Notes: generated from the sequence alone by a model not told the origin. 64,000 nucleotides of DNA from Thermoanaerobaculia bacterium (GCA_963664405.1 OY761158.1:899020-963019); one strand, 5' to 3'; counted from the first letter of the stretch, positions 46,169 through 58,279 are shown. Program-made: numbers and translations.

Positions 46169-47002
46169 ATGGCGGTATTCAACGCGCTCGTAAGGCGCCT
46201 CATCGACGCCCTCTTGGGGCCGTTCCAAAACTACCCGGCGATGGTGACTCTGCTGCCGATCTCGGTGGTGGTCACCGTTGCCGCGCTGTTGGTGCTCAAG
46301 CGAACCTCGAACCAGGAGGCTCTCAACCGCGTCAAGGCGAAGACGCACGCCGGCATCTTCGAGATCAGGCTCTTCAACGACGATCTGAGGGCCATCTTCT
46401 CGGCCCAACGGAACATCTTGGTTCAGGTAGCAAAGCAGATCGGCCTGACCCTAGTGCCCCTGCTGTGGATGCTAGTGCCGATGGCCGTCCTCCTCCCTCA
46501 GCTCCAATTCCAGTACGGCTACCTTGGCATCGAGCCCGGCGAGCCGGTGCTCCTCATCGCCACCCTCGACGCACCGCTGGGAGCCGACGAGACGAAGCCG
46601 GTCTTTCACCTCGAGACCCCCACCGGCGTTCGCGCGGAGACGGGGCCAATCTGGGTGCCCGCCAAGAACGAGCTGGTGTGGCGCCTGGTGGCGGATGAGC
46701 GCGGCAGCTTTGAGCTCTTGATCGTCGATGGCGGGGGAGGTAAGTCGGTCACCAAGAGCCTGGAGGTCTCGGACCAGATCCGAAGGCGCTCGCCGAAGAG
46801 GGTTACCGGCTTCTGGTCCCAAATCGCCTACCCCGCCGAGTCCCCGCTGCCGCCCGGTGCGCCTTTTCGGGAGATCTCCCTCGCCTACCGAGACGCAGAA
46901 GTCAGCTTTTTCGGCTGGGAGACCAACTGGATGATCGCCTTCCTCCTGCTCACCCTCGTCTTCGCCTTTGCCCTACGCGGGCCCCTTGGCGTCACCTTCT
47001 AG
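46169..47002 (+). CDS. Hypothetical membrane protein; its stop codon TAG is the terminal CTAG of a MITE
   Basis: 277 aa with several hydrophobic segments. It starts 12 nt after the small RHH-like gene. Confidence 0.55.
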   Translation: MAVFNALVRRLIDALLGPFQNYPAMVTLLPISVVVTVAALLVLKRTSNQEALNRVKAKTHAGIFEIRLFNDDLRAIFSAQRNILVQVAKQIGLTLVPLLWMLVPMAVLLPQLQFQYGYLGIEPGEPVLLIATLDAPLGADETKPVFHLETPTGVRAETGPIWVPAKNELVWRLVADERGSFELLIVDGGGGKSVTKSLEVSDQIRRRSPKRVTGFWSQIAYPAESPLPPGAPFREISLAYRDAEVSFFGWETNWMIAFLLLTLVFAFALRGPLGVTF

Positions 47003-47163
47003 ACCAGCGTTTCCGAAGTTCGCGCACAGTTCTCGGCCCCTTCTGCCCGCTGGCGGCGTTGCGCCTCCTCGACATAGTCCCTGCTATGCCTGCGTCGGCG
47101 CGCCTTGCCAGCGAACAGAATGACCTCGAGTTCTGTACACGAACTTCGGAAACGCTGGTCTAG
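46999..47163. mobile_element. MITE copy b (165 bp)
   Basis: ctagaccagcgtttccgaagttcg...cgaacttcggaaacgctggtctag. Same family as 19269-19434 and 48683-48846. Confidence 0.75.
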
Positions 47164-47216
47164 CCAGACGGCCGAGGCGGCCAGAGAGCGATCGCTCGTA
47201 GGAGACGCGCTCGCCC

Positions 47217-48001
47217 TCAGCTAAGGCTGGGAATCTTGGCGCGCAGGAACTTTCTTGTCTTTTCGATCGCTCGCCGCACATTTTGCGGTTCTTTCCATTC
47301 TGTGACGAGCTCGGCATTCTGCGCCAGCGCGGCGATCTCTCGCGCGATCGGCAGCGGGTGGTAGAGATCGTTTCCCGCCAGGATCAGAAGCGGCGTCTCG
47401 ACTGTTCGCACAAAGTCGCGGCCGACATTGAACAAGAAATCGCGGTTGTACATACTGTTGCGAAAAGGAGCAAGGGTGCCGTCCTCGAGACCATCCTGGC
47501 GCTCCTTCATGTCGTCGGCCCAGCCGTCGAACATCTCGTAGAACGCCGCTCGATTGTCGTGAAGCCCGATCGGGCTCTGCAGAACAGCCGCGGTGACTCT
47601 GCCGGGGTCTGCCTCCATGACCCCGAATGCGTAGGAGCAGCCAATGCAGCCGCCATAGAGGTGGCAGCTCTCGATCTCGAGGTGATCGAGCAGAGCAATC
47701 TGGTCGGAGGTATAGCTCTGCCACCCGTCGCTCGCTCGCACCGGCGCAGTCGAACCGCCCGCGTTGCGCTGATCCATGGCTATCACCCGGAAATCAGCCG
47801 AGAGCTCCAGCCGTGGGTCGAAAGGAGAGCGCTCCCAGGTATCGGCGCTGGAGCGCATGCCGCCGGGAGCGAAGAGCAGTAGAGGGTAGCCAGCCCCGCT
47901 CTCTTCCCAATGGATCTTGACACCCCCCCCGCTCGAAGATCGGCAATTCGTGAGCCCCCGTAGTCGATCCGTTTGACTCTGCCAGAAGGGCAGCCTAGCA
48001 T
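47217..48001 (-). pseudogene. Alpha/beta hydrolase with a frameshift at a C8 (G8 on the coding strand) homopolymer
   Basis: The track ORF 47217..47858 carries the nucleophile elbow (HLYGGCIGCSYAFG) and C-terminal half. The N-terminal ...ADLRAGGVKIHWEESGAGYPLLLFAPGG is in another frame. The two meet at cacccccccc (47923-47930). Confidence 0.6.
47923..47930. repeat. C8 homopolymer at a frameshift site
   Basis: Read directly. G7 or G10 on the coding strand would restore the frame. Confidence 0.8.
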
Positions 48002-48104
48002 TCTCTTTTTCGGATAAACGCTACGATCTTCGAATCTGAGCGTAAGGTGGCTCAGCCTTGGTGGTGAGACCTGTGCCAGCATACTGTCCCGCCAACCTCA
48101 TGCC

Positions 48105-48656
48105 ATGAGCGAGGAAAAGAACGACCATCGCGCCTCCTTTCAGCTGATCCGCGGTGGGCGCGCGGGGAGTGAGGATCAGGGAGCGATCCAGGTCGTCATG
48201 GCCTCACCTGAGCAACAGCCGTTCTCGGTAGAGGCGGTCATTCATGAGGAGGATACCTATCTGGTCCTCTCCTCCGAGCCCCGACCCGAGCAGACCAGGC
48301 CCGAGCACCCGATCCGCATGATGACAGCTCTACTCGAAGTCGAGCCCAAGCCCTTGGGTAGCATTGTGGTACGGCCGGGCCTTCCCTTGAAGATCCTGGC
48401 AGTCGTCCACGATCTCCAGCGCGAGCCCTCATGGAAAGAAGAGTGGGTCATCGCGGCGCTGGCTGGCGCACTCGAGGAAGTCGAGCGCCGTGAGCTCCGC
48501 TCGGTGGCACTCGAAATGCTAGGAGCTGTACACGGCAAGCTGGAGCGGCCTCGCTTCCTCCAGCTGCTGCGGCGCTCGTTGCAACAGGCCGATGCCAAGA
48601 GCCTCGAGCGGGTTTGGCTCATCCCCCCCGACCGGCCCACTCTCGAAAGCATTTAG
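48105..48656 (+). CDS. Hypothetical protein, 183 aa
   Basis: ATG ORF divergent from the hydrolase gene. No domain recognised. Confidence 0.5.
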   Translation: MSEEKNDHRASFQLIRGGRAGSEDQGAIQVVMASPEQQPFSVEAVIHEEDTYLVLSSEPRPEQTRPEHPIRMMTALLEVEPKPLGSIVVRPGLPLKILAVVHDLQREPSWKEEWVIAALAGALEEVERRELRSVALEMLGAVHGKLERPRFLQLLRRSLQQADAKSLERVWLIPPDRPTLESI

Positions 48657-48682
48657 GGAGACACGAGAGGCCGTAGCTGGTC

Positions 48683-48846
48683 CTAGACCAGCGTTTCCAA
48701 AGTTCGCGCACATATCTCGGCCCCTTCTGTCCGCTGACGGCGTTTCGCCTCCTCGACATATTGCCAATATGCCTGCGTCGGCGCGCCTGGCCAGCGAACA
48801 GAATGACCTCGAGCTATGTATACGAACTTTGGAAACGCTGGTCTAG
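48683..48846. mobile_element. MITE copy c (164 bp)
   Basis: ctagaccagcgtttccaaagttcg...cgaactttggaaacgctggtctag. Its last CTAG supplies the TAG stop of the minus-strand gene 48843..49487. Confidence 0.75.
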
Positions 48847-49487
48847 TCAATCGCGAAGCAGTAGAAGTACCCGTTGCCGCCAGTTCCCTGCAAATCCTTC
48901 TGACCGCAGGCCCGGCTCCCATGAGCCGAGTTCCACGACGACGGTACCTGTCCGCCCCCTTGGCGATCATGGTGGCCGACCTGCGCACTGCCGGCACCGT
49001 TCGTTGTCCAGTTGCTGCAGGTGTGATCTTTGCCGTCGGTGAAACGGGTCCCATCCAACTGGGACCCGGTCAAGATGTCGTGCATATTGGGATCATCACC
49101 CCGGCCGTTGACAACCTCGCCCTTTTCATTGAGCTGCGTCTCTTTGGTGAGACCTACGTTCGAGTAGTGCAGCTCGCTGACGTTGGCGGCAACCTGCGCT
49201 CCCTTGGCATTGAACCAGGGCCCTGAACCGATGCGGCCTCTGGCATCGACCCCTCCGGAGCCACCCGTGCTCAAATAAGCGTGCCATGTCTTGGCGCCGC
49301 CACCCGCAGCCTTCGCCAACATGGCGCAGTGTCGGTCGGCCCCATCGAGCCCCCCGAGGTTGGCACCGTCACCCGACCCCCGGCTGGTAATGAAGAAACT
49401 CATCGCACCCTTCTCCTGCGAGAGAACGGGCGAAGCCGCCACTGCCAATATCGTTCCAACAAGTAGACATCTGATCTCGACCTTCAT
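48843..49487 (-). CDS. Secreted Gly/Asn-rich protein of unknown function
   Basis: Start trimmed to MKVEIRCLLVGTILAVAASPVLSQE, a signal peptide. The rest is low-complexity Gly-rich with conserved Cys residues. Confidence 0.55.
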   Translation of the reverse strand: MKVEIRCLLVGTILAVAASPVLSQEKGAMSFFITSRGSGDGANLGGLDGADRHCAMLAKAAGGGAKTWHAYLSTGGSGGVDARGRIGSGPWFNAKGAQVAANVSELHYSNVGLTKETQLNEKGEVVNGRGDDPNMHDILTGSQLDGTRFTDGKDHTCSNWTTNGAGSAQVGHHDRQGGGQVPSSWNSAHGSRACGQKDLQGTGGNGYFYCFAID

Positions 49488-49634
49488 CGGTTTTCCTCCA
49501 CACTCCTCATCATACGGGTTCCGGGGTCTGCTAGCCACGAGCCTCACTCCGGAAGGATAGCCTAGCTCACCCATCGACCTCTACCGGCATACAATGCGTT
49601 CTCTCCCAAGCTTCCGACAGGAGGAAGAGATCTC

Positions 49635-51485
49635 ATGCGCTCCAGGCCGCTGACATTGTTTCTCTGTACTGCGCTCTTTGCGACATACGCGGTTGATTCT
49701 GCCAATGCTGCGCAGCAGGCTGCGGCACCCGCCGGCGACGACTGGCCGATGTATCGCGGCGATCTGGCCGGCACCGGCTACTCGGCCCTGGCCAAGATCA
49801 CCCCCGCCAACGTTTCGAGCCTCACGCGGGTGTGGACCTACTCTCTCGAACGCACCAATGGGGGTGGCGGAGGCAACCTCCAGGCGACGCCCATCGTTGT
49901 CGGAAACGTAATGTACCTCCCCGCAGCAGACCGCGTGGTCGCGCTCGAGCCCGCGACAGGGAGCGAGATCTGGCGACATCTCGTCACTGACGGCAGCCCC
50001 TCTCGCCGCGGTGTCGCCTACTGGCCGGGCGAGGGCCGAACGCCCCCACGCATCATCTTCACCGCCGGACGCCGACTGCTCGCTCTCGATGCCGCGACCG
50101 GCGCACCGATCTCGAGCTTCGGGCACAACGGCGAAGTCGACATGGTGGTGCCCTACAACTCGGTTCCTCTCGTCCATCGCAATGTCGTCGTCGTCGGCGC
50201 CAACACTCCACCTGGAACGAGCGGCGGCATCGGCAATGCAAGAGCCTACAACGCACGCACCGGCGCCAAGTTGTGGGAATTCAGCTCGGTGCCACTGCCC
50301 GGTTCCGTGGGTCATGACACCTGGGAAGGCATGAGCTGGAAGGACCGACTCGGCGCCAACGCGTGGCCGTTCTATTTCACCGTCGATGATGAGCGCGGGC
50401 TCCTCTACATACCGCTCGCCTCGCCCATCCCCGGCTACTACGGTGGCGACCGCAAGGGCGCCAATCTGTTCGGAAACTCCGTTGTCGCGGTAGACCTCCA
50501 AACAGGTGAGTACAAGTGGCACTTCCAGACCATCCATCACGACCTCTGGGATGCTGATCCCCCCGCGCCTCCTGTCCTGTTCGACATCAAAAGAAGTGAT
50601 CGAACGATCCCGGCACTCGGCCTGACCACCAAGTCGGGCTACGTCTACATTCTCGACCGTGCCACCGGAGAGCCGATCTTCGGGGTCGAAGAGCGCGCGG
50701 TTCCCGCAAGCGACGTCCCGGGCGAGGCTGCGTATCCGACTCAGCCATTCCCCACGAAGCCGCTGCCGGTGGGTCGTGTGAGCTACGAGCCTGAGGACCT
50801 GGTGACCGCCGCAGACACGAGCGCGGAGCACGCCGCCGCCTGCGCCGAGCTACTCGCGACCCTCGGTGAAGTCCACAACGCCGGGCCCTTCACCCCCTGG
50901 GCCTATCGCACCGACGGCGCTCCCGCCAAGACCACGTTGAATTTTCCCGGAGGCCTCGGCGGACACAACTGGGGCGGCGGCGCCTTCGACCCATCCTCCG
51001 GCTATCTCTTCGTCGTCAACCAGGACGTCGGTGCGCTGGGCTGGATGGTCGACTCCGACGACCCGACGCGAGGGTCGTATCGGCGCGTCGGCCCAAGGCC
51101 CGCAAGCTTTGAAGTTCAAGTCGGGGGAGTCCGAATGCCATGCCAGAAACCACCCTGGGGCCGACTCACAGCGATCGACTCCTCGACCGGGGACATCGCC
51201 TGGCAGCGCCCTCTCGGCATTACCGAGCAGCTCCCTCCAGACCGCCAGAACACCGGACGGCCCGTACGAGCCGCAGCCATCGTCACCGCCAGTAGCCTGC
51301 TCTTCGTCGCTTCGACCGACGACAACCGCTTCCGAGCCTTCGAAGCGACAACGGGCAAGGAGTTGTGGGAAGACCGACTCCCCCGACACGGAAATGCCAA
51401 CCCCATGACCTATCGGGGCAACGACGGCAAGCAGTACATCGCTCTGGTCGCGCTCGATACGTTACTCGTCTACGGGCTGCCGTAG
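49635..51485 (+). CDS. PQQ-dependent beta-propeller dehydrogenase (glucose/aldose dehydrogenase-type quinoprotein), secreted
   Basis: Signal peptide. [14 protein letters not shown]... and repeated W-motifs ([38 protein letters not shown]) mark the PQQ propeller. Confidence 0.8.
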   Translation: MRSRPLTLFLCTALFATYAVDSANAAQQAAAPAGDDWPMYRGDLAGTGYSALAKITPANVSSLTRVWTYSLERTNGGGGGNLQATPIVVGNVMYLPAADRVVALEPATGSEIWRHLVTDGSPSRRGVAYWPGEGRTPPRIIFTAGRRLLALDAATGAPISSFGHNGEVDMVVPYNSVPLVHRNVVVVGANTPPGTSGGIGNARAYNARTGAKLWEFSSVPLPGSVGHDTWEGMSWKDRLGANAWPFYFTVDDERGLLYIPLASPIPGYYGGDRKGANLFGNSVVAVDLQTGEYKWHFQTIHHDLWDADPPAPPVLFDIKRSDRTIPALGLTTKSGYVYILDRATGEPIFGVEERAVPASDVPGEAAYPTQPFPTKPLPVGRVSYEPEDLVTAADTSAEHAAACAELLATLGEVHNAGPFTPWAYRTDGAPAKTTLNFPGGLGGHNWGGGAFDPSSGYLFVVNQDVGALGWMVDSDDPTRGSYRRVGPRPASFEVQVGGVRMPCQKPPWGRLTAIDSSTGDIAWQRPLGITEQLPPDRQNTGRPVRAAAIVTASSLLFVASTDDNRFRAFEATTGKELWEDRLPRHGNANPMTYRGNDGKQYIALVALDTLLVYGLP

Positions 51486-51664
51486 CTCCCCCGGTACTCA
51501 CCAGCCCCCCAGGGTCTGTGACGGCCATTCTTCGGCCGCGGACGCCCCCGTCGCCGCCAACCCCTCCAGATCAGGAGGCCAAGCATCACCTGTTAGGCTA
51601 CCTCTCACTGCCTCTACCGGCAGTTGAGCCCGATCTGGCTCGCCGAGATGCCGATCCCTCCCAG

Positions 51665-53119
51665 ATGACCCGGATTGCAGAGATCGTCGTCGCAACGGCC
51701 AGGTCCTGGCCGCGGCGGAGCGCACGCGGATTGCGCGCGGCCGCCCTGTTGCCATTCCTCGGTAGCTTGGCGTGCGTCAGCGAGGCACCGCGAAAGGGCA
51801 AGCCCACTATCGTGATCGTCATCGCCGACGATCAGGGCTGGGGCGACCTCAGCCATCACGGCAACACCAACCTCGAGACACCGAACATCGATTCGTTGGC
51901 TCGAGACGGCGCCAGCTTCCGCCACTTCTTTGCCAGCGCGGTGTGCTCGCCGACGCGTGCCGAGCTCCTCACCGGCCGTTACCATCCGCGAGGCGGCGTA
52001 CGCGGGACCAGTGCGGGAGCCGAGCGATTGGATCTCGATGAACGTACTCTCGCCGAGACCTTCAAGCATGCCGGCTACGCGACCGGCGCCTTCGGCAAGT
52101 GGCACAACGGTAGCCAGCATCTCTACCATCCGAACGCGCGTGGATTCGACGAGTTCTACGGCTTCACCTCGGGCCACTGGGCGCTCTACTTCGATCCACC
52201 GCTGGATCACAACGGTCGAGCCGTCCGCGGGAGCGGCTTCATCATCGACGACCTCACCGATCATGCGCTGAGCTTCATCGAAGACAACGCCGCGAAGGGC
52301 GAGCCTTTCTTCCTCTATGTCCCGTACAACACGCCGCACTCGCCGATGCAGGTACCCGATCGCTTCTACGAGCGCTTCGCCGGCGCGGAATTGCCTCTCC
52401 GCCATCGCGACCCGGACAAAGAAGATCTCGAGCACACGCGCGCGGCAATGGCGATGGTAGAGAACATCGACTGGAACGTCGGCAGACTCCTCCACCGGCT
52501 CGACGAGCTCGGTCTGGGGGACGACACCCTCGTTCTCTATATGAGCGACAACGGTCCCAACGGCTGGCGCTGGAACGGTGGCATGAAGGGGCGCAAGGGC
52601 ACCCTCGACGAAGGAGGCCTGCGGGTTCCGGCCTTCGTGCGCTGGCCGGGGAAGATTGATGCAGGGCAGGAGGTTGAGCCGATCGCTGCCGCCATCGACC
52701 TGCTACCGACTCTCGCCGAGCTGGCTGGAGTCGAGGTTGTGGGTGACCGGCCCCTCGACGGCCGGAGCTTGGCGCCGCTTCTTGTCGGCGAGCGAGCGCA
52801 GGAGACGTGGCCGGACCGCGAGATAGCCAGCTTCCACCGTGGCGAGGTCACTCTTCGCACCCAGCGCTTCCGCCTCGACCCCGAGGGTCGCTTGTTCGAT
52901 CTGCAAGAGGATCCGGGTCAACGCGTCGACATCACCGACAAGCAACCGGCCGAGGCTCGACGGCTGCAAAGATTGGCGGAAGAGCTCTCCGCCGAGATGG
53001 CCGGAGAGCTCGGGCCGGTAGACGATCGACCGTTCCTTATCGGAGGAGACCGCGATACCTTGGAGACCTGCTCGAGCACCCGATGCGGCGGGCAGTGGTT
53101 TCGTCTTCAACTCTGGTGA
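51665..53119 (+). CDS. Arylsulfatase (formylglycine-dependent sulfatase)
   Basis: Start trimmed to MTRIAEIV. ...[14 protein letters not shown]...[15 protein letters not shown]... is the C-x-P-x-R FGly motif, followed by the GKWH block. Confidence 0.85.
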   Translation: MTRIAEIVVATARSWPRRSARGLRAAALLPFLGSLACVSEAPRKGKPTIVIVIADDQGWGDLSHHGNTNLETPNIDSLARDGASFRHFFASAVCSPTRAELLTGRYHPRGGVRGTSAGAERLDLDERTLAETFKHAGYATGAFGKWHNGSQHLYHPNARGFDEFYGFTSGHWALYFDPPLDHNGRAVRGSGFIIDDLTDHALSFIEDNAAKGEPFFLYVPYNTPHSPMQVPDRFYERFAGAELPLRHRDPDKEDLEHTRAAMAMVENIDWNVGRLLHRLDELGLGDDTLVLYMSDNGPNGWRWNGGMKGRKGTLDEGGLRVPAFVRWPGKIDAGQEVEPIAAAIDLLPTLAELAGVEVVGDRPLDGRSLAPLLVGERAQETWPDREIASFHRGEVTLRTQRFRLDPEGRLFDLQEDPGQRVDITDKQPAEARRLQRLAEELSAEMAGELGPVDDRPFLIGGDRDTLETCSSTRCGGQWFRLQLW

Positions 53120-53153
53120 GCGCGTCCTTGGCACGAGCACACCGCTCTTCACC

Positions 53154-55178
53154 TTGATCTTGGCCTCTCTCGGCGCCTTTGGCCTACCAATCCCGGCAGC
53201 CGCGGCGGCTCTCTATTCTCTCTTTCTCGCAGCAACGGCAGTGACGGGTGCTCGTCTCCTACTGCGCCGGGGGGCGCCCGTGCTGGCGGTGTCGTTCGTG
53301 GCGCTGGTCGTATCTGGCTTCGGCAACGTCCTGCACTTTTTCGGTATGGAGACAACGCTCTTCATGTGGCTACTCCTCAGGGCGGTCTCGGACGCGGTGG
53401 CAGATCGATCGAAAGCAGCGGGGCTGGCGATGGGGCTGGCCTGCCTGTGCCGCTATGAAGGCTTCCTGTTCGCTGCAATTCTGATGGTTGCCATGGCAGT
53501 CCGGCGTCGTCGAGCCGCCTGGGGCGCGGCCGCTGCGGCTGTGCCCGTCGTCCTGCCCTGGCTCCTCTTCGCCAGGTTGTACTTCGGTTCTGTATTGCCA
53601 AGCACTCTCGCTGCCAAGGCCGGTGACGTAGGCTTCGGCGAGTACCTCCGGCGGTCTCTGCTCCTTCAGCTCGACGGTCTCCACCCACTGCGGCACTTCA
53701 CGCTCGGTCCTCGGTGGAGTGAGATCGTCGAGTGGGGGTGGCGCTGTTCCCGCTCCTACTTTGGCTCGCCTACGGTGTCATCGGCGCGCCGGTTCTGCAT
53801 CGCTGGCACCTCGTGCCGGCAAGCCTTCTGCTGACCCTGCTCGGCTTTCTTGCAGGGAGCGAAGCACCGTCGCCTCTGCCGTCTGGCGCGAAGCGGTTGG
53901 TTGGCGGGACACTGGCGCTGGCGGTGTGCGTATGGCTGCCTTCGGCGACGCGGGCGGAGAAGTCGTCCCTCGTTGACACCGGCTACTACGTGGGTCGGGT
54001 CAAGGCATACCGAGAGATGGCCGATTGGATCGTAGCCAACGATGCGGCGGATCTCGAGCTCCTCACCCTCGAGCCCGGTTATCTGTGCTTCCTGACTGGG
54101 AACCCGGCCATCGACCTCGGCGGGCTGGTGACTCCGGGGCTCCACTTCCATGATCCGCGAGATCGACGCAGTCGGGTCGTAGACGTGGTGGCAAGGCGAG
54201 AGCCGCCACTTGTGGTGACGAGTTTCGGGCATCCACCGGGTCTCGGCTTGCCGGGGTACATCATCGTGTACGAGTCGTTCCCTGGGCGGCAGCTCCTGAT
54301 GAGGGAGTCGGTCTATCGCTCTCGCTTCGACGCTCTGGCGGCCCGTCGCCTCCGGCCCAGCGAGCCGCCCCGGGGGGGGGCTGCGGCACCCCTTCGCGTT
54401 GGATATGGCTCTGTCGACCACACCGGCGGCGGTGCCGTGGGAGGGCGATGAGACGCCACCATTCGTAATCGACTTCGACGAGATCTCGTTCGAGCTCGGC
54501 ACTGCGGATAGGCAGGGAGCCGTGGCTCAGCTCGTAGTTGAGGGAGTGACGGTCCTGCAGACCCGTCCGCCCGGGCGAAGATCGGGGGGCCAGCGAGGTA
54601 TGGAAGGCTCGATGCAGACGATCATCTGGCCAGTGTACCCATGGCAGGGGCGCAGTGCGGTGCTTCGATTCGTCGATGCCGCGGCCGCGCCACATTGGCT
54701 CGACGCAGGGCGAGTTCGTTCACTGCGTCACAGCAGGAGGCTTCTCTTCGATGGCTTCGAGGCAGACGGGTACTCCCAGCGCTGGGAGGAGGTGTTCGAC
54801 GGCGGTCCGTCGCCGCTGCGTGACCTCGCTCTCGTGCGGGGCCCTGGTTTCTTGTTATCGGGGTCGGCGGCGTCGAGCTTGGGGCGGGAAGGCGGGCAGA
54901 CACTCCGCAGCCTGCCGTTCGCGGTGAGCTCCGACTTTCTCTCGATGCTCGTTCTCGAGTCTGGGGCCGCGACCCGGATCACCCTGCGAGTAGCCGGCAG
55001 GAGAGTGCGATCCTTCCGTGGTCGCCGAGAGGTGCAGTCGCCGCGAGCGCTGACCTGGAATCTCACACCTTTTCTCGGGCGTACGGCCGTACTCTCGGTC
55101 GTCGATGGCGATCCGAGTGCTCAGCGGGGTGTCGTTGTCGACGAGATCGTGTTCTTCGATCGCGAATCGCCGGGCTGA
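53154..55178 (+). pseudogene. Polytopic membrane protein (GT-C-like hydrophobic core) with C-terminal beta-sandwich-like repeats, split over three ORFs by two frameshifts (about 53735 and at the G9 run 54372-54380)
   Basis: Track ORFs 53154..53834 (frame 0), 53732..54451 (frame 2) and 54399..55178 (frame 0) read as one continuous hydrophobic protein if the frames are repaired. A G9 homopolymer sits at the second junction. Confidence 0.45.
54372..54380. repeat. G9 homopolymer at a frameshift junction
   Basis: ccccgggggggggctgcgg, read directly. Confidence 0.7.
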
Positions 55179-55255
55179 GGTGCGGGCGCCGACGACCGTG
55201 GCGGCGCAATGGCGCTCGGTGCCGGGCTCGAGATCTACCAGCTGAACGATGTCCT

Positions 55256-56734
55256 CTAGAAGAAGAGCTGAACCCGTTCCCCGTGGAGCTCATGCACTGT
55301 CGAACGGGTGGCGGGCCACATCGGGTCCGCCAGGGTGGAATTCCAGCTCGCAAGCTCGCCTTCGAGACGCTCGACGATCTCCGGATGCTCCTCGGCAAGG
55401 TTGGTCTGCTCACCCTCATCCACAGACAGGTCGTAAAGCACGGTCATCTGGCCCATCGGCGATTCGCCGGAGTGCGCCACCACCGGTAACAATCGCGGAA
55501 AGGCCGCGAAGTCGTCGTCACCGAGATCGGTCTTGTTCACCTTCCACATTTTCCACTTTCCCCATCGCACCGCGAGATTGGGCTTGGCACGCCAGAACAG
55601 TAGCTCGTGTGGCGGCCCGGTCGCCGCGTCGAGGAGGTGGGGCATCAGATCGACGCTATCAAGCCCGCGCTCTTCGGAACCGGCGACGGCGGCAAAGGTC
55701 GAGTAGAGATCCAGCGAGATGATCGGCTCACGGTACACGGTGCCCCGCGCCAGCCTGGCCGGCCATTTGAAGAGGAACGGCACTCGAATGCCGCCTTCGA
55801 GGTGATAACGCTTGGCGCCACTCAGAGGCGCGTTGGTGCAGATCTCTGCCGGCATGTAATTGACGCAGCCGTTGTCTGAGAAAAACACGACCAAAGTGTT
55901 CTCCTCGAGCCCGTGCTCACGAAGCTCGTCCACCACGTCGCCGACGTAGTCGTCCAACGACGCCACCATCGCCGAATAGATCCGCCTGCCGTCCTCCTCG
56001 ATGTGGGCATAGCGGTCGGTGTATTCGGCGGTTGCCTGGATCGGCGTGTGGGGGGTCTTGGGGGTGAGCATCAGAAAGAAGCGCTCTTCCTTGTGACGGG
56101 CGATGAAGTCCACCGCCTTGTCGGCATAGACGTCGGTCAGATAGCCCTCGACTTCGACCCGTTCGAAACCGTCGAAAGCCATCGCGGGGGTCATCGGCGC
56201 CATGTCGGCCGGCCACGATTGCACTCCCTCGACTCTGGAATCGATGTAGGAAGCGCTACTGCCGCCGAAGAATTCGTCGTAGCCGCGGTTGAGCGGGTTG
56301 TGCGGCTCATCTTGGCCGAGGTGCCACTTGCCGATCAGTCCGGTGACATAGCCCGCGTCTTGCATCAGATTGCCCAAAGTTCTGAGATCGGTCGGCAGCT
56401 TCGCGACCCCGCCTCCCGAGTCGTTGAACTCATAGCCGAAGCCGGTCGGGTAGCGACCGGTCTGCAACCCCGCACGAGACGGACTGCACACCGCGGCGGC
56501 GACATAGCCGTCGGTCAGACGAACGCCGTCGCGGGCCAGCCCATCGATATGGGGCGTTTGAATCGTCGTCCCACCGTAAGCCCCGAGATCACCGTAGCCA
56601 AGATCGTCGGCCAGAATGACCACGATATTGGGCGGCTCGTACGAAGTCTCCGTGGACGGTGGCGCGTCGGTTGTGGGCAGCTCGCCACACGCCGCGAGCG
56701 AAAGGGCAAGCAGAAAAGTCGGTGAGCGCCTCAT
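55256..56734 (-). CDS. Arylsulfatase lipoprotein
   Basis: Lipobox LALSLAACGE. IVVILADDLGYGDL...AAVCSPSRAGLQTGRY... and the GKWHLG block. Confidence 0.85.
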   Translation of the reverse strand: MRRSPTFLLALSLAACGELPTTDAPPSTETSYEPPNIVVILADDLGYGDLGAYGGTTIQTPHIDGLARDGVRLTDGYVAAAVCSPSRAGLQTGRYPTGFGYEFNDSGGGVAKLPTDLRTLGNLMQDAGYVTGLIGKWHLGQDEPHNPLNRGYDEFFGGSSASYIDSRVEGVQSWPADMAPMTPAMAFDGFERVEVEGYLTDVYADKAVDFIARHKEERFFLMLTPKTPHTPIQATAEYTDRYAHIEEDGRRIYSAMVASLDDYVGDVVDELREHGLEENTLVVFFSDNGCVNYMPAEICTNAPLSGAKRYHLEGGIRVPFLFKWPARLARGTVYREPIISLDLYSTFAAVAGSEERGLDSVDLMPHLLDAATGPPHELLFWRAKPNLAVRWGKWKMWKVNKTDLGDDDFAAFPRLLPVVAHSGESPMGQMTVLYDLSVDEGEQTNLAEEHPEIVERLEGELASWNSTLADPMWPATRSTVHELHGERVQLFF

Positions 56735-56812
56735 TAGACCTCCGGTAGCGTGAAGAACGTGAGTACCCTATGCTGACAGAATCGGTCGTAGCGAACCAGG
56801 ACCGATTAGAAG

Positions 56813-58279
56813 ATGAGCTCGGTAACGCCCTTCCTCCCCGCTCTGCTACTCCTCGCTGGGTGCCGGGGTCCAGATCCTTCTCGCCGTGACTCTCGTCGAG
56901 CAACCTTCCCCGCACTGACGGTCGCCGAGGCTCCAACAACGGCGAGGACCCCGGAGGGTCAGTACATCTCGTGGAAGGAGCACCGCATCGACGATCAAGA
57001 CCTGAACGGCGGCATCGAGCTGCGCGGCGGTGACGGCCTCCAGATGGCCGACCTCGATCGCGACGGTCACCAGGACATCGTCTCGGTCCACGAAGACAAC
57101 TACCACATTCGTCTCGCCTTCGGCACCGACGATCCGGACCGGTGGGAGCTCGCGACCTTGGCGGAAGGCGAGGAGGCGAACGCCGCCGAAGACGTCTCGA
57201 TCGCGGACGCCAATGGCGACGGCTGGCTGGACATCGTCGCCGCGACCGAGCTGGCGCACCTGATCTACTTCCAGAACCCCGCAGACCCCACCGAGACACG
57301 CAGTGGCGCATGGCCGCGCACGATCCCGCCGGGCACACGAGACCGAGGCTCCTGGATCCGGGTCTTCTTTGGCGACTTCGACGGCGACGGCAGGCCGGAA
57401 GTCTCGGGTCCGAACAAAGGCGACCAACTTCCCGCCGAAAAAGAAGGACCGGCCGAGTTCGCACCCAAAGAGATCTCCTGGTTCGAGCTACCCGGGGACC
57501 CTCTTGCCGGCGATCTGTGGGAAGAGCACGTGCTGGTGCGGATCAAGATCCCGATGAACGCTCGACCTGTAGACCTCGATCGCGACGGCGACCTCGACAT
57601 TCTCGGTGGCAGCCGCTTCGAGATGCGCCCCTTCTGGTTCGAGAATGTCGGAGGGTCGCCGACCGACTTCGAGCTTCACCCGATCGACGTAAGCGGTCGC
57701 AACCAGGCGCAGCCGGAGATCTTCGGCGGCAAGTGGCTGACAGCGATGAACGTCGTCATCGAAGACCTCAACGACGACGGCCGGCTCGACATCATCCTCC
57801 AGGAGACGCCCTTCATAGTCAGCTGGATGGAGCAGCCTCCAAGCTTCAACCAGCCCTGGCAGCTACACAAGATCGGCGACTTGAGCCCCGACACGTCGAC
57901 CGGTCTTACCTTGGTCGACATCGACGGCGACGGGCGCAAGGATCTATTCACCGGCGGCTACAGCCAGAACCCTCGCGATCATGACGGTGAGGACATCACC
58001 ACGAACAGCCAGACCGGACGCCTTGCATGGTGGAAGCAGCCGGCGGACCCGAGCGCCGAGTGGACCCTGCACAACGTCAGCCGTCGCAAGCGCGGCATGT
58101 ACGACCAGTTCGTCGCCCGCGACATGGATGGTGACGGAGACGTCGACTTCGTCACCACGCGAGGCAACAGCGGGACTTACGACGGCGTACTCTGGCTCGA
58201 GCAGGTCCGCACTGCCGAGCAGACCCGGTCGTTCCTGCCGGCCCGCGAGAAGGAGAGCGCCCACCTCCCCCTGCCCTAG
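56813..58279 (+). CDS. FG-GAP/VCBS-repeat (integrin-alpha-like beta-propeller) lipoprotein
   Basis: Lipobox LLLLAGCRG. Repeated D-x-D/N-GDG Ca-binding-like loops (ADLDRDGHQD, ADANGDGWLD, FDGDGRPE, DLDRDGDLD, LNDDGRLD, DIDGDGRKD, DMDGDGDVD). Confidence 0.75.
   Translation: MSSVTPFLPALLLLAGCRGPDPSRRDSRRATFPALTVAEAPTTARTPEGQYISWKEHRIDDQDLNGGIELRGGDGLQMADLDRDGHQDIVSVHEDNYHIRLAFGTDDPDRWELATLAEGEEANAAEDVSIADANGDGWLDIVAATELAHLIYFQNPADPTETRSGAWPRTIPPGTRDRGSWIRVFFGDFDGDGRPEVSGPNKGDQLPAEKEGPAEFAPKEISWFELPGDPLAGDLWEEHVLVRIKIPMNARPVDLDRDGDLDILGGSRFEMRPFWFENVGGSPTDFELHPIDVSGRNQAQPEIFGGKWLTAMNVVIEDLNDDGRLDIILQETPFIVSWMEQPPSFNQPWQLHKIGDLSPDTSTGLTLVDIDGDGRKDLFTGGYSQNPRDHDGEDITTNSQTGRLAWWKQPADPSAEWTLHNVSRRKRGMYDQFVARDMDGDGDVDFVTTRGNSGTYDGVLWLEQVRTAEQTRSFLPAREKESAHLPLP

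Noticed and set aside
54399-55178. Independent 259-aa gene
   Set aside because: It is in the same frame as 53154..53834, and a G9 homopolymer sits at the junction with the middle ORF. It is more likely the C-terminal domain of the same frameshifted membrane protein. It stays embedded in the 53154..55178 feature.
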